A DNA stretch of 43,143 bases from Fonticula alba ATCC 38817 (Eukaryota; Protista; Nucleariida), in NCBI GenBank assembly GCA_000388065.2, contig KB932213.1; one strand, given 5' to 3'. Below are positions 1 to 10,500 of the stretch, piece after piece. Within the stretch, counting starts at the first letter, position 1. Each line of letters starts with the position of its first letter. The notes beneath the pieces are model-generated. The model saw only the letters and a list, made by a program, of their open reading frames with translations. It was not told the origin of the DNA and did no database searches. A program made the translations under genes and the position numbers.

Positions 1-864
1 GGGTGTCCCCGGGGGAAGCAGGCGCCTTTCCTTCCCCCGCCGTCGGACGCAGGCCTTTACAGACGCTACTTCCGGGCCTTGGGTGTCCCCGGGGGCGCGC
101 CGGCGAGATGCTTCCCTGCCGACTGGAGATCTGGGCGCCTCGGTCCACGGCGGGCGGGGGATGTCTCGCTGGGCGGCCCCGGCATGGGCAGGCGCCTGGC
201 CCATGGTGGGCAGCCAGCCCGGGCGGCGCGGGCGCCATCCTCGCTGGCCTGGCCCCGGACGCCGAGGCCGGCCCTCGCGCGCCCCGGGGCCCGGTAGATG
301 CCCGTCCGGCGCCGCGGGGCGTACGTCCTGCGGGGCGCCGGGGCCCGAGACGTCAGGGCCCGGTCCTCCGGCTGTGGCTCGCCGGCAGCCGCAGGCCGGC
401 CGAGTCGGAGCCCCCGGACGGGCGTCCCGTCGCCCGGTGGCCTTCGTGGCCGTGATGCAGCCATCGGGACGGGGGTCCGGTGCAGCGATGTGGCCCTGTG
501 GCCGGGCGGCGGTGGATGACCTCGAACATGAAGTGGGGGGGAGGCGGGGGCTTGGCCTCGGCCGACGCTGCAGGCGGCGCGCTCGCACGGGCCGGCCGCA
601 CGGCTGTCCGGATCGGCCGCGGGACCCGGCTGCGCCCCTCTGCGCGGGGCCCGCCTCTCGGAGCCTGGCCGACTGCGCGTGCCCGTGCCTCCCCGGTGTG
701 GTGTCTCGCGCGAGCATGCACGCCGGCAGCCCGACGCGGGGCCTCCCCCGGGGATCGGGTGGCGTGTGTGGCTGCCCGCCCTCGACCGGGGGGCCCTCTC
801 CGGCGACCTGGCCGTGCCGGCACACGCGAACATTTTTAAGCGGCGGCCGGATGCCCCTCCCCAT

Positions 865-938
865 GGCCGCGTAGCTCAATTGGATAGAGCACCTGACTAC
901 GGATCAGGAGGTTGTGTGTTCGAGCCGCATCGTGGTCA
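865..938 (+). tRNA. tRNA-Arg(ACG): tRNA-Arg, anticodon ACG
   Basis: Cloverleaf: acceptor stem GGCCGCG/CGTGGTC plus A, D-arm GCTC..GAGC, anticodon stem CCTGA/TCAGG with loop CT-ACG-GA, T-loop TTCGAGC. A T-rich Pol III terminator follows at 941-950. Confidence 0.97.
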
Positions 939-985
939 ACTTTCATTTTTGCGGCCATGGTCAGGGGACGCGGCGCAAAAGGGAA

Positions 986-1058
986 TTCCCATACCGGGAC
1001 TCGAACCCGGGTCTCGTGGGTGAGAGCCACGTATCCTAACCACCTAGACTATATGGGA
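986..1058 (-). tRNA. tRNA-Glu(CTC): tRNA-Glu, anticodon CTC
   Basis: The reverse complement reads TCCCATATAGTCTAGGTGGTTAGGATACGTGGCTCTCACCCACGAGACCCGGGTTCGAGTCCCGGTATGGGAA. Acceptor TCCCATA/TATGGGA, anticodon stem CGTGG/CCACG with loop CT-CTC-AC. T4 lies downstream (aaaa at 977-980 on +). Confidence 0.97.
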
Positions 1059-1566
1059 CCGTATGGGATGCCCCGGCGGCCGGGACCTTTTAGCCGGATG
1101 TGCCTGAGGGCGGTCCACCGTGCCGCCCCCCGATGACGTGCCGCCCCGGCCGCACGCCGGGCGACCGGCGACGAGGCCGCGCCTCGACCGGGCCATCCTC
1201 CCGGCGGGCTTCTCTCGGGTCTGTGCCAGGCATGATGGCTGTGACTTGCGCGCGCGGCCCGATGAGCCGCGGGCCGCGCGCGGATGTCCTGCCTCGCGGA
1301 TGCCCTGGCTGCCTGTCGCACGCGGGAGACATGGGGCTCCCGGGGCCGGGGTACCCCCCCGGCACTGGCCGGCGCGGTGGATCCCCCTCGGCCTGCATCA
1401 TGGCGAGGCGGCGCCGCTGGCGGGCCTCCTGGCATCGGGGCTTGGGGGGCGGCAAGGCATCGGGAAGCCGGCCCGCGGCCTGCCCTTCCGCAATGGAAGG
1501 TCCCTGTGGTGGGGAGGTGCCTTCACTCCGGTGCCCCCCCTGGCAGGCCGAAGGTGAGGTGCCGTC

Positions 1567-1695
1567 AGGGCGAGGGGTAGTGTCTTTGCCGAGGGCGAGG
1601 GGTTGTGTCTTTGCCGAGGGCGAGAGGTTGTGTCTTTGCCGAGGGCGAGGGGTTGTATCTTTGTTGAGGGCGAGGGGTGGTGTCCTTGTGGAGGG
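1567..1695. repeat. 25-bp minisatellite, about 5 copies (consensus GAGGGCGAGGGGTTGTGTCTTTGCC)
   Basis: The TGTCTTTGCC core recurs at 1581, 1606, 1631, 1656 (variant) and 1681 (variant), an exact 25-nt period with no spacers. Confidence 0.92.
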
Positions 1696-2497
1696 CTCGG
1701 CGTGGCCGGGCCAGCGGGATCGGGTCGGTTGGGATGCACCCTTTGGCCGCAGGAGGCGCCGGCTTTCCGGCCCGCGCACCTCCACCACCACCCCGTAGGC
1801 CGGACAGGGCAGGCACGTTCCCGGCCGACACCCGTCCGGCAAGCGGCGCACCGGGGGCGGCCACGACATGCGTGCTGCCCGCCCGGGACCGGCCGTGGGC
1901 GGGCCACATATCCGAGCATGCGGCCCGGCCGCAAGGCGGGCACCATGCCCACCGAGGCCCGGTGCCCGCACCCGCACCGGCGGACGAGCGTGCGGTCGAG
2001 GCACCGGGCCGAGGTGGTGGTCGTCGCGCCGGGGTCTCGACCGGCGGACAAAATGCCCAGCACCCTCGGTCGCGCGCGCGCCGGCACGGGCGGCCCTCGG
2101 GGCAGGATGCCGTCGCCGGACGGTGGCCGCCGAGCGATCGGCCACATGCCAACGCCCAGCGCGCGGGCCGGACCGCCGGTGTTGGGCGCGCGGCCTGCGC
2201 CATTTGGGCCTGCGGCGCCCCCGTCCCCGGAGGGCCGGCACTCTCGAACCCGCCTCCACCCGCACCCGCATCCCCACACGCCCCTGCATGGCCTGGGGTT
2301 GTTGCTTTGTTTTTTTTTTTCTGTTTTTTTTTATTACCTGCCTCATCTTGCCTGTCGGTACCGCCCCGCGATCGAGGATGGACGACGGCCGCCCGACAAG
2401 CCGGGCTTCGGGGAGTGCCGCGGCGCGCGAGCCGGGCACGCTGGCCCCGGGGCCATCCCCCACGATGGGCACGCCTGCCCGACGAGTAAGGTGCGTT

Positions 2498-2524
2498 CCG
2501 CCGCCGCCGCCGCCGCCGCCGCCG
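2498..2524. repeat. (CCG)9 microsatellite
   Basis: Nine perfect CCG units immediately after a GTGCGT donor-like site at 2491. Confidence 0.9.
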
Positions 2525-2603
2525 CACCGCGGGCCCTGCCTTCGCTCGATCCTCCGCGGGCCGAACGTCTGTCCTGTCTGACGGTTATGGTCCGACATTT
2601 GCC

Positions 2604-5600
2604 ATGGCCGGGCGGCTGGTGGATCTGGCCACCAGTAGCCACAGCGCGTCCGGGCTGCAGGCCGCCTGCTTTGTGGTGGGCCTGGCCGGCGGGTGCGACC
2701 CCCCGGCTGGGCACCAGCAGACGCTGGCCTTCGCGGCGCTGCAGGCCGCAGCCGGTGGGCATCTGGCCGGGCGGCGGGAGCCGCTGCGCCTGGGCGAGGT
2801 GCGTACAGACGGCTGACATGTGCCTCTGCCGTGTCCGGCCCCTGGCTGACGCGTGGCTCCCCCTTGGCCGGAGGCCAGACCTTGTCCCTGGAGGTCGAGG
2901 GTCTTCCGGTGGAGCTGAGCCCGGTTGAGCTCCGCACGGCCGGCGGGGCCACTCGGTCCGGGTCGCTGGCCCCGGGCGCCGAGCTGCTTCTGATCGCCGG
3001 CCCGACGGGGGGCCTGGCCCTGTCGCGTGCGCCGGTGGTGGCGGCACTTCCCTTCCTGGCGCATGCCCCGGCCGACCCGGGCGAAGGGCCCTTTCACATG
3101 GTCAGCCCCTGGCACTGGCCGGAGACCAGCCTCGACGTGCTGCTGGCGCCGGCTGGCGGGCCGGTGGCCCGGGCCCTGGCCGCCCGGCGGCCGGGCACCC
3201 CGGACGGGCGCCTCTACGCATCGCACGCCGGGCGGGTGTATGAAATCCGGTACGGCCGCCTGGTGGGCCCCGGGGAGCGGGGGGGGGAGCCACCGGCGCC
3301 GCTGACTCGCTAACCTTGGGGGTCCCCCTCCTGCCTCGCCTCGCGGGCGCCGGGCGCGCGCGCGTGTGGCCCAGCGTCTGCATGGGGGGCTCGGTTGCCG
3401 GGCTGTCCTTGCGCATGAGCGAGCGCCTGCTCCTCTCGCTGGGCCTGCAGGGCCGCCCGATGGTGCTGGCCCCGTGCGCGGCGCCGCCGGACCTGGCCGT
3501 CGTGTGGCTGGAGACAGATGCGCCCATCCGGCAAATCGACCGGGAGGCCGTCCTGTCGGCGGTGGCGGGCGCGCCGCTGCACGTGGACGAGGTACCTGCC
3601 GGGAGGGGGGGGGAGGGGGGCGGAAAAGGGCATTCGCCCTGGCCGGCCTCGCTGCCGACAGGAAAGAACATGGCTGGCTACTGACGCTCCTTTCCGGCCG
3701 GTGGGCGCACACATGGGCAGGTGGTGCGCTTCGCGGGGCTACGCTTCTCGGCTCGGGTGGTCCGGCTGATGGGTCGCGACTTGCGGCCCGTCTCCACCGG
3801 GGTGGCCGTGTACCCGGGGCCCGGGCACACCATCCTCCATGTGCAGACTCCGTGCGGGGACCCGGGCGACCTGCATCAGCTGGTGACCCTGCAGCCGAGC
3901 GACCCCCGGCGGGAGGCGCTCCTGCTGGAGCCGATGGTCCCGGACCGGGGGATGGCCGCCACCGAGCAGACGCTACTCGTGTCGGCGGGGGTCTTTCGGC
4001 AGGTTGCCAGCTCGGAGGCCCTGTGCCAGGGGGTCGCGCGGTTCCTTTGTCGGGGGATGCTGCTGGACGTGCGGTACGTGCTCCGGGGGGGCAGGACAGG
4101 GGGGGGGGGGGCGCGCGGGGGCGACCGGAAGGGGGCGGAGCGGCCTTCCTCGGTGGAACTGACGCATGCGTTGTCAGCCCCGGCGATGGGATGCGGCCAT
4201 ATGCCATCGCCATCCCGACGGGGGCACGACGGGCGCTGGGCCCGTTCGGGACCGCCCCGCTGGCATTGACCCCGGCCCCGGCGGTGGCGGTGGCCGCGTC
4301 GGTCGAGGTGTCCTTCGGCCCCGAGGCCATGCCGGCCGGGGGGCCACTGCCGGATATGCATCGCTTGAGAGGGGACTTCCTGCGGGCGCACCGCCAGACG
4401 ACCATGCACTTGGGCCAGGTACATGCAGCGATGGTGGCGATGGTAGTCAGCGAGGCAGGTCCAGGGGAGGGGGGGGGGGCACCACGCGCCTTGCCGGCGA
4501 CTGACCCTCCGCTCTGCGGGGCGGTGGCCAGGCGCTGCCCTTCCGGTCGGGCGATGTCGACCTGCTTGCCACCGTCCGGCGAGTTGTCTGGTCGGGCACG
4601 CCAGGGGTCGATCGCCCGGTGGGGCTTCTGCCGGCCGAGGCCTCGGATGGGTGTGCCTGCCTGCAGGTCACCGGCACGGGCCCCCCGGTGTCCGGCGGGC
4701 CGGAGTCGGGGAGCGGCCCGGCCGGGCCCGGTGTGCCGGCGGACGCCGCGCGCCGGTGGCTGCTGGTCGGGGACGCCGCCGCCGGCCCGGGGCTCCTCGG
4801 TCTGGAGGCCAGTGCCAGCCCGCCGGAGGGGCTGGCCCCCGGCCGGGCGTCCGTCAGCATCGGCGACCACCGGCTCCTGTGCGCCCTGGCGGCCGGCGGG
4901 CCGGATGTCTTCCTCCAGGTGAACGGCCACCTGCTGCTGGTTTAGTGCGTGGCACTGCTGGGGCCGGGGGGTGGGTCTAGGAGGCAGGGGCCCGGATGCG
5001 GGGACTACAAAGCACGCATGCGCAGGGCCACTCTGACACGGCAGGGCGCCACAGTCCGGACCCGCACCCGGGGGGCCGGTCGGCGGCCGGCAGTCGAATT
5101 GTCCTCAGCCAGTGGGACTTTGGGTGTATCTTCGGCCAGCAGCAGGTGCTCTGGGCCGCGGTCAGCATGGCCCCGCCGGTGGTGGATCTGGTGGAGGTGG
5201 ACCTGTCCCCGGGGCCGGCTGCCGCTGGGCCCATCTCCCACTCGGCCTTGGTGGCGTCCTTTCGCCAGGCGCTCCAGGGCACGGTCCTGTCCGTGGGTCA
5301 GGTACACACCCATGGGCGAGGGCGCACCCTGTGTGGTCCTTGGCCCCTTTCTTTTTCCTCCCGCAGGGCTCGCGCCATGCATGCACGTCTCCCGGGCCTG
5401 CCCTGCTGACCCGTGTCCATGACGGCCATTGCCCCGCCAGGCGGTCGAGCTGCCGACGCCGGGCGCCACGCTTCCGGGCCACATCTCCAGCCTGGTGGAT
5501 GGGGACCTGCGGCCACTGAAGGCCGGGCTCCTGGCCGCGGGGGACACCTTCGTCTATATGAACGCCCGGGGCGCGGGGTATGGCGTGCTGGATTGCCCGC

Positions 5601-7122
5601 TGTCGGCCCTGATCCGGATGCCACTGCTGGATGCGTACATTCGCCTGCCGGTAGCCGGCGCCCCGGACGTGGACATGAGCCGGGTGAGCCTGCGGCGGCC
5701 GGACATCCGGGTATCGGCGCGGACGATGGGCTCCCTGCGGGCGCACTTCCTCGAGGGCCGACGGCCGATCTTCCTCAACGAGGACTATCAGCTCCGGTGC
5801 GTGGTGCCACCGGCATGGGGCAGCTACATTCGGGGGGCATGGGGGGGGGGGGGGCAAGACGCCGGGCGGCGGGCACGCCATGGCCATATGCTGACCGCCC
5901 CTTTGTGTCGGCAGCCCGGTGGAGGATGGCCGGCTGAGGCTGCGGCACAATCGCGTCCTCCTCGGGCAGGACCTCCTGCCCCCGGCCGGGCCCTACTCTT
6001 TGATGGACACCGAGCCGCCGGAGGTGCTGTCGGTCACCTGCGAGGTGTTCCCGGATGGGGCCGGCCCGCGCTCGGGGCTGGATGTGCGGCTGCTGGAAGA
6101 CGCGCTGCTGCGCGCCCTCCCGCCGGACAATGTCATCCGGGCGAATGTGGTGCGTGCTGGGACGGCTCCCGGGGCACGGGCCAAAGCATGGGCTCTCTCT
6201 CTCTCTCTCTCTCCCTCTCACATATGCACACATGCACGCCCGACGCGGCGCCTGGCGCCCTGTGGCCCCGGCCGGACGCCAGAAGTACTCCGTCCTGCTG
6301 GACCCCCTGGACCGGTCCTCGCGGGTGGACATTTCCGTCCTGTGGATGGAGGGCGCGCGGAAGAACTCCTGCCAGCTGGCGGTCGTGGTGCCGGGGCTGA
6401 CATGGTTCACCTTCAGGCAGCCGCGCCGGGGCCCGGAGGCGCTCGCCTCGCCGGGCCCGCTCCTGGCCCCGGGCCAGCCGCACAAGCTGGTGGTCCGCTG
6501 CAATCCCCGGTGGATGGCCGTCCTCCGGGCGGAGTTCATCCCCACCGGGACCTTGCTGTATGGCGGGCTGATGCTCCCGCGGGATGTGTTCCAGTCGCTG
6601 GGGGAGGCCCTCGGGGAGGCCGCCCCGCCGGAGTGCATGGCCCTTTGGTGCTGCTCGCGGGTGTTCCTGGCCCGGCTGGCCGACACGCACGACACGCCGG
6701 GGGTGGTGCGCCTGTCGGAGGACTTCCGGTCGCATGTGCTGAGCTACCCGGACCTCGGGCCGTACATCACGCACTACCACCAGCCGGAGGCCCTCCGCCT
6801 GAAGGTGGTGCACATGCGGGTGGAAGCGACGGCCGCCGGCCGGGTGGCTGCCCCGGCGGAGGGGGGTCCGAGCCGGGACCAATTGCAAGCGGCCCTGCCG
6901 GCGGCCTTCCCCGACGGGAGCATGGTCCTGCTGGAGCGGCGCCCGGCGCCCGGGCTGCCGGTCACCCTCACGCCGGAGCTGCTGACCGATGGCCAGGGCT
7001 GGCAGATTTCGTGCGGCTTCTTCCACCCGGCCAAGACCCGCGTGCTCTTCTCCGGCCGCGGGGTGGCTGCCTCGTGGCGGCTGGCCGAGGGGGCCCGGGA
7101 CCCGGCGGCCGGTCCACGCTGA
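2604..7122 (+). CDS. Gene A: spliced protein of about 1155 aa, tandem array of Cdc48/p97/NSF-like N-domains (double-psi barrel plus Nc subdomain), no ATPase domain
   Basis: Hand-built exons: 2604-2798, 2879-3249, 3375-3591, 3721-4073, 4178-4418, 4532-4944, 5055-5301, 5441-5796, 5915-6149, 6283-7122 (3468 nt, 1156 codons with stop). All introns are GT-AG, most with a CTGAC/CTAAC branch motif, and junctions match paralogue B. Repeat VDLVEVDL..SALVASFRQALQGTVLSVGQ|AVEL..GLL resembles the NSF Nc subdomain; LMLPRDVFQSL..PGVVRLSEDFRSHV resembles the p97 double-psi barrel (from memory). The 5' end is uncertain (alternative ATG at 2378). Exon structure is well supported; the fold call is inference. 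Confidence 0.8.
6193..6212. repeat. (CT)10 microsatellite in the last intron of gene A
   Basis: Direct reading; it lies inside intron 6150-6282. Confidence 0.9.
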
Positions 7123-7575
7123 GCGGCGGGCCTGCCGGGCGGCGGTGTCGAACTCCAGAAGGGCCAGAATACATGCATTCCGCAGATGGGCGTCTTCCGG
7201 GGGGGGGGACGGGGTGAGGGGAGCCCGGGCACGCGAGCGCGCATGCGGGCGCCCGTGATGTCCCATGCGCGCCTGCCGCTGCGTGGGCAGCTGTCTCAGG
7301 GGGCCGGGGCCGCGCCCGCCGGCCGGGCCTCGGCGGTGGGAATGATCGGGGCTCGCCATCTCATCGGAAAGGGCCCGGGCGCGCGCTGCGGGCGGCGGCC
7401 CATTTTTTGCGGCCCTCCCCGGGACCGGATGCATGGGGCTGGCGGTCTTTTTGTTGTGCCTTTTGTCCGCTGCCCTTTTTTCTTTTTCTGCCCCGCCTTG
7501 TGTGCTGCCCCTGGTGCGATGGGGCCGAAGGCGTCGGATCGCCCCTGGCCATCACTTGGTCCGGGTGGTGCGGCG

Positions 7576-10500
7576 ATGCGCCAGGATTGGAGTGAGACGG
7601 CCCCGCCGGGCGAGCTGCCACCGGCGCCGGGCGAACACCACAGGCTGGCGGCCGCCGGGCGGCAAGTGGACCTGGCCGCCGGGGAGCCGATCCTCGAAGC
7701 GCGGCGCGTGGCCCTTTGCCCGCGTGCTGCCCTGGGGGGGGGGGAGGCGCCCTTTCTCATGCTGCTGTGGTCCCGGTCCTGGTCCGCGGGCCGAGGCCGG
7801 GGGGGGAGGGCGGCTCCCGCGCGGGCCGGCCGACTTCGGGGCGATGCCGACACGCTGGAAGCCCGGCCGGTGGAGGCGGCCCGGCTGGAGGCGGCTTGCT
7901 TGGCCGTGTCGGCCGCGTGCCAGGACGGCCTGGCTGCGAGCCGGGTGCCCCTGGTTCCCTTCGCCGCGCTGGAGGCGGCGCTCCGGGGCGCCCTTGCTGG
8001 GCGCGGCCGGCCGTTGCGCATGGCCGAGGTGCGTCCGCCGGCTCGGGGGGGGGGGGGTTCGGTGTCGCGGGCTTCGCCCGTTCGTTCGGGGCGGTGCGGC
8101 GGGTCGCGTCCTCCGCTGTGTCCGGCCCCCTTGTGCCCGGGGGGCGCATGCAGCAGGCGTGTGGCGCGCGGCTCGGAGGGCCGCAAGCACGGCTGCCCGC
8201 ACCGGGGGCTCCCGGAGCCTGGCCGCATTCCGCTGACCCGGCGCCGACCCTCGACTTGGTGGTCGACGAAGTGGCGCCAAGTCTGGGGGTGGCTGCGCTT
8301 CGCGCGGCCAACGGGCCCACCGGGTGCGGCCTATTCGGCCCCGGGGCCCGAGTCATCCTGGCGGTGCAGTCGGCGGGCAACATGTCGCTGGCGGATGCCC
8401 CGGTGGTCGTGGGCCTGGTCCCGCCCGAGGGGGTGGCCAGCGGGGCCGGCCCTCCCCCGAGGCAGCTGCATGTGGTCGGGGCCAGCCACTGCCCGGAGGC
8501 CAGCCTCGATGTGCCGTTGGCTCCGGTGGGCGGCCCAGCCGCGCGGGTCCTGGCCACCCGGCGGCCGGAGCGGCCTGGCGCATCGTTCTACGTGTCCGGC
8601 GGACAGCGTGTCCTTGAGATCCGGTGCGCTTGTCGAGCAGACGCTTCCGGGGGGGAAGCCCGAACGAAGGGCGGGGGCATCGCATCGCTCGCGCATCCCG
8701 ACACATGGGGCCCGGCATCCGCCCGCGCGCTGCCCTGCCGGGCGCCTCCCTGCGAGCGGGGGAGCGTCTGCTGATGGGGCCCGGCTCGCGCGGGCACCCG
8801 CGGCTGCGTGTGCCGTGCGACGCGCCGCCGGGGCTGGCTGTAATTTGCCTGGAGACCGACTTGGTGTCTCCGCAGCTGGATGAGCCCCGCCGGATGGCCA
8901 TGCTGGCTGGGGCGCCACTTCGCGTGGGCAACGTGCGTCTGGGAGGATGCCTGTGTTTGGCTTCCCCCCTTGGCCGTGCTATCGCCATGCCCTGTCCTGT
9001 GCCCTGGACCATGCGCCGGCCCGCGTCCTGGTTCGCGTCCTCGTTTGACTTGGCTCACCGTCCCCTGCTCCCCTCATACACACTCACACACACACGCACA
9101 CACACACACACACATCGGTCCGGCCTGACGCCAGGACATTCGCCTGTCCGCGCACAGGCGCCTGGTTCGGGTGGCGCGGCTCGTGGACCGGGACTTCAAT
9201 GATGTCCAGTCCGGCGTGGCGCACGGCGCTCCCGAGGCAACCATCATTCATGTGTGGGCCACGCAGGGCGAGCTGCAAGAGCCCCGGGCGCTGGCGGCCC
9301 GGCGGTCGTGCGCCACCCGGCCGGCGGCGGTATCGCTGGAACTCCTGCCCGGGGAGCCGGGCGGTGCGCGCGGCACGCTCTAAGTACCGCCGGCGGCCTT
9401 CCGGCGAGGCGAGTCGCCGGATGCCTTGTCGCGCGGGGTTGCCCGTTTCACCGCGCGCGGGGCTCTGTTCGATGTATGGTGCGAATGTGGTCTGCCTCCT
9501 GGGCGGGGCTGTGCCCTTGGTCTCTCATCCGGGGAGCCTTTCCTTGCCCGGTGGAGGAAGGCAGGGGGGGGGGATCGGCCGTCAGGGCCGGAGACTGACG
9601 TGCCGCAGCCCCAGCCACCTGGTGGCCCGCTTCGCCATTGCCATGCACCCCCCAGGACCTCAGCGCCATCGGGCCCATGCGTATGGCCCCTTGGGCGATG
9701 TTTCCGGCTGCGGGACTGCCGGTGCCCGCGTCGGTGGGGCTGACATTCGCCCTGGACGCGGGACCTGGCGCCTGGGAGCCGTGTTGCGAGGAGCAGCCGT
9801 CCCGGGCCTTCTTGGCCGCGCACGCCGGTGCCACCATGCGCGTGGATCGGGCACACAAGCCGGCGTATTGGGATCCTCCTGCCATGCCGCCCGGCTCGGC
9901 TGCTTCTCACCCCGCCACCCCGACTGGCCATAGCTCCTGCCCTTTGAGTCCCGGAGCGCCACGGTGTTGGCCACGGTCCGGCGGGTCACTTGGCCCGGCG
10001 GGGGGCCCCGGCGGAACGCCCGGTCGGGCGACTGCCCGATGGGCAGCCGGCCGGCGCGCGTCTCACGGTGGTGCCCCGGAGCATCGGTCTCTCCGGGGCC
10101 CGGCGGTGGCTGCTGGTCGTCACGGCGTCCGGTGGCGACGTCGCGTGCGCTGCTGTCTGCCTGGATGTCGGCGTCAGCTCGCGCGCCGGGGCCGTCCCGG
10201 GACGTGCCACCGTCAGTCCCTCCGCCTATCGGGAGCTGCGTGGCCGACTGCCCGGGGGGCGAGGATGCCTTCCTGCTGTCGGGCAATGGGCATGAATTAC
10301 GGCTTGCGTGCGCTGGCGCTGCTTCTCCCCGCATGGGGGCCCGCGAACATGCGTGCTCACCTCCCGTGTCCCTGTGGACGTTGCTCTTGCCTGCCCCGCC
10401 ACCAGCCCCGACCCGGCTCCTCACGGCGACATGCCGCCGCACCGGGTCACCCTCGGGGCATGGGACGCCGAGCGCCTGTCCGGCCGGCATGCCCTGCACT

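Noticed and set aside
1-860. A possible gene end in the first 860 bp
   Set aside because: No frame gives a recognisable or globular-looking peptide, and I found no convincing splice pattern.
1567-1695. CRISPR-like appearance of the 25-bp repeat
   Set aside because: The copies are head-to-tail with no unique spacers, there are no cas genes, and the context is eukaryotic.
1090-4930. Long minus-strand ORFs (1090-2952, 2585-4930) and similar long ORFs throughout the track
   Set aside because: They give Arg/Pro/Gly/Ala-rich translations typical of stop-poor GC-rich DNA, and many are antisense shadows of the spliced plus-strand genes.
9381-9383. Stop-codon readthrough or an alternative genetic code at the TAA in gene B
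   Set aside because: B also has many frameshifts and broken splice sites, and genes A, C and D need no recoding. Pseudogenisation is the simpler explanation.
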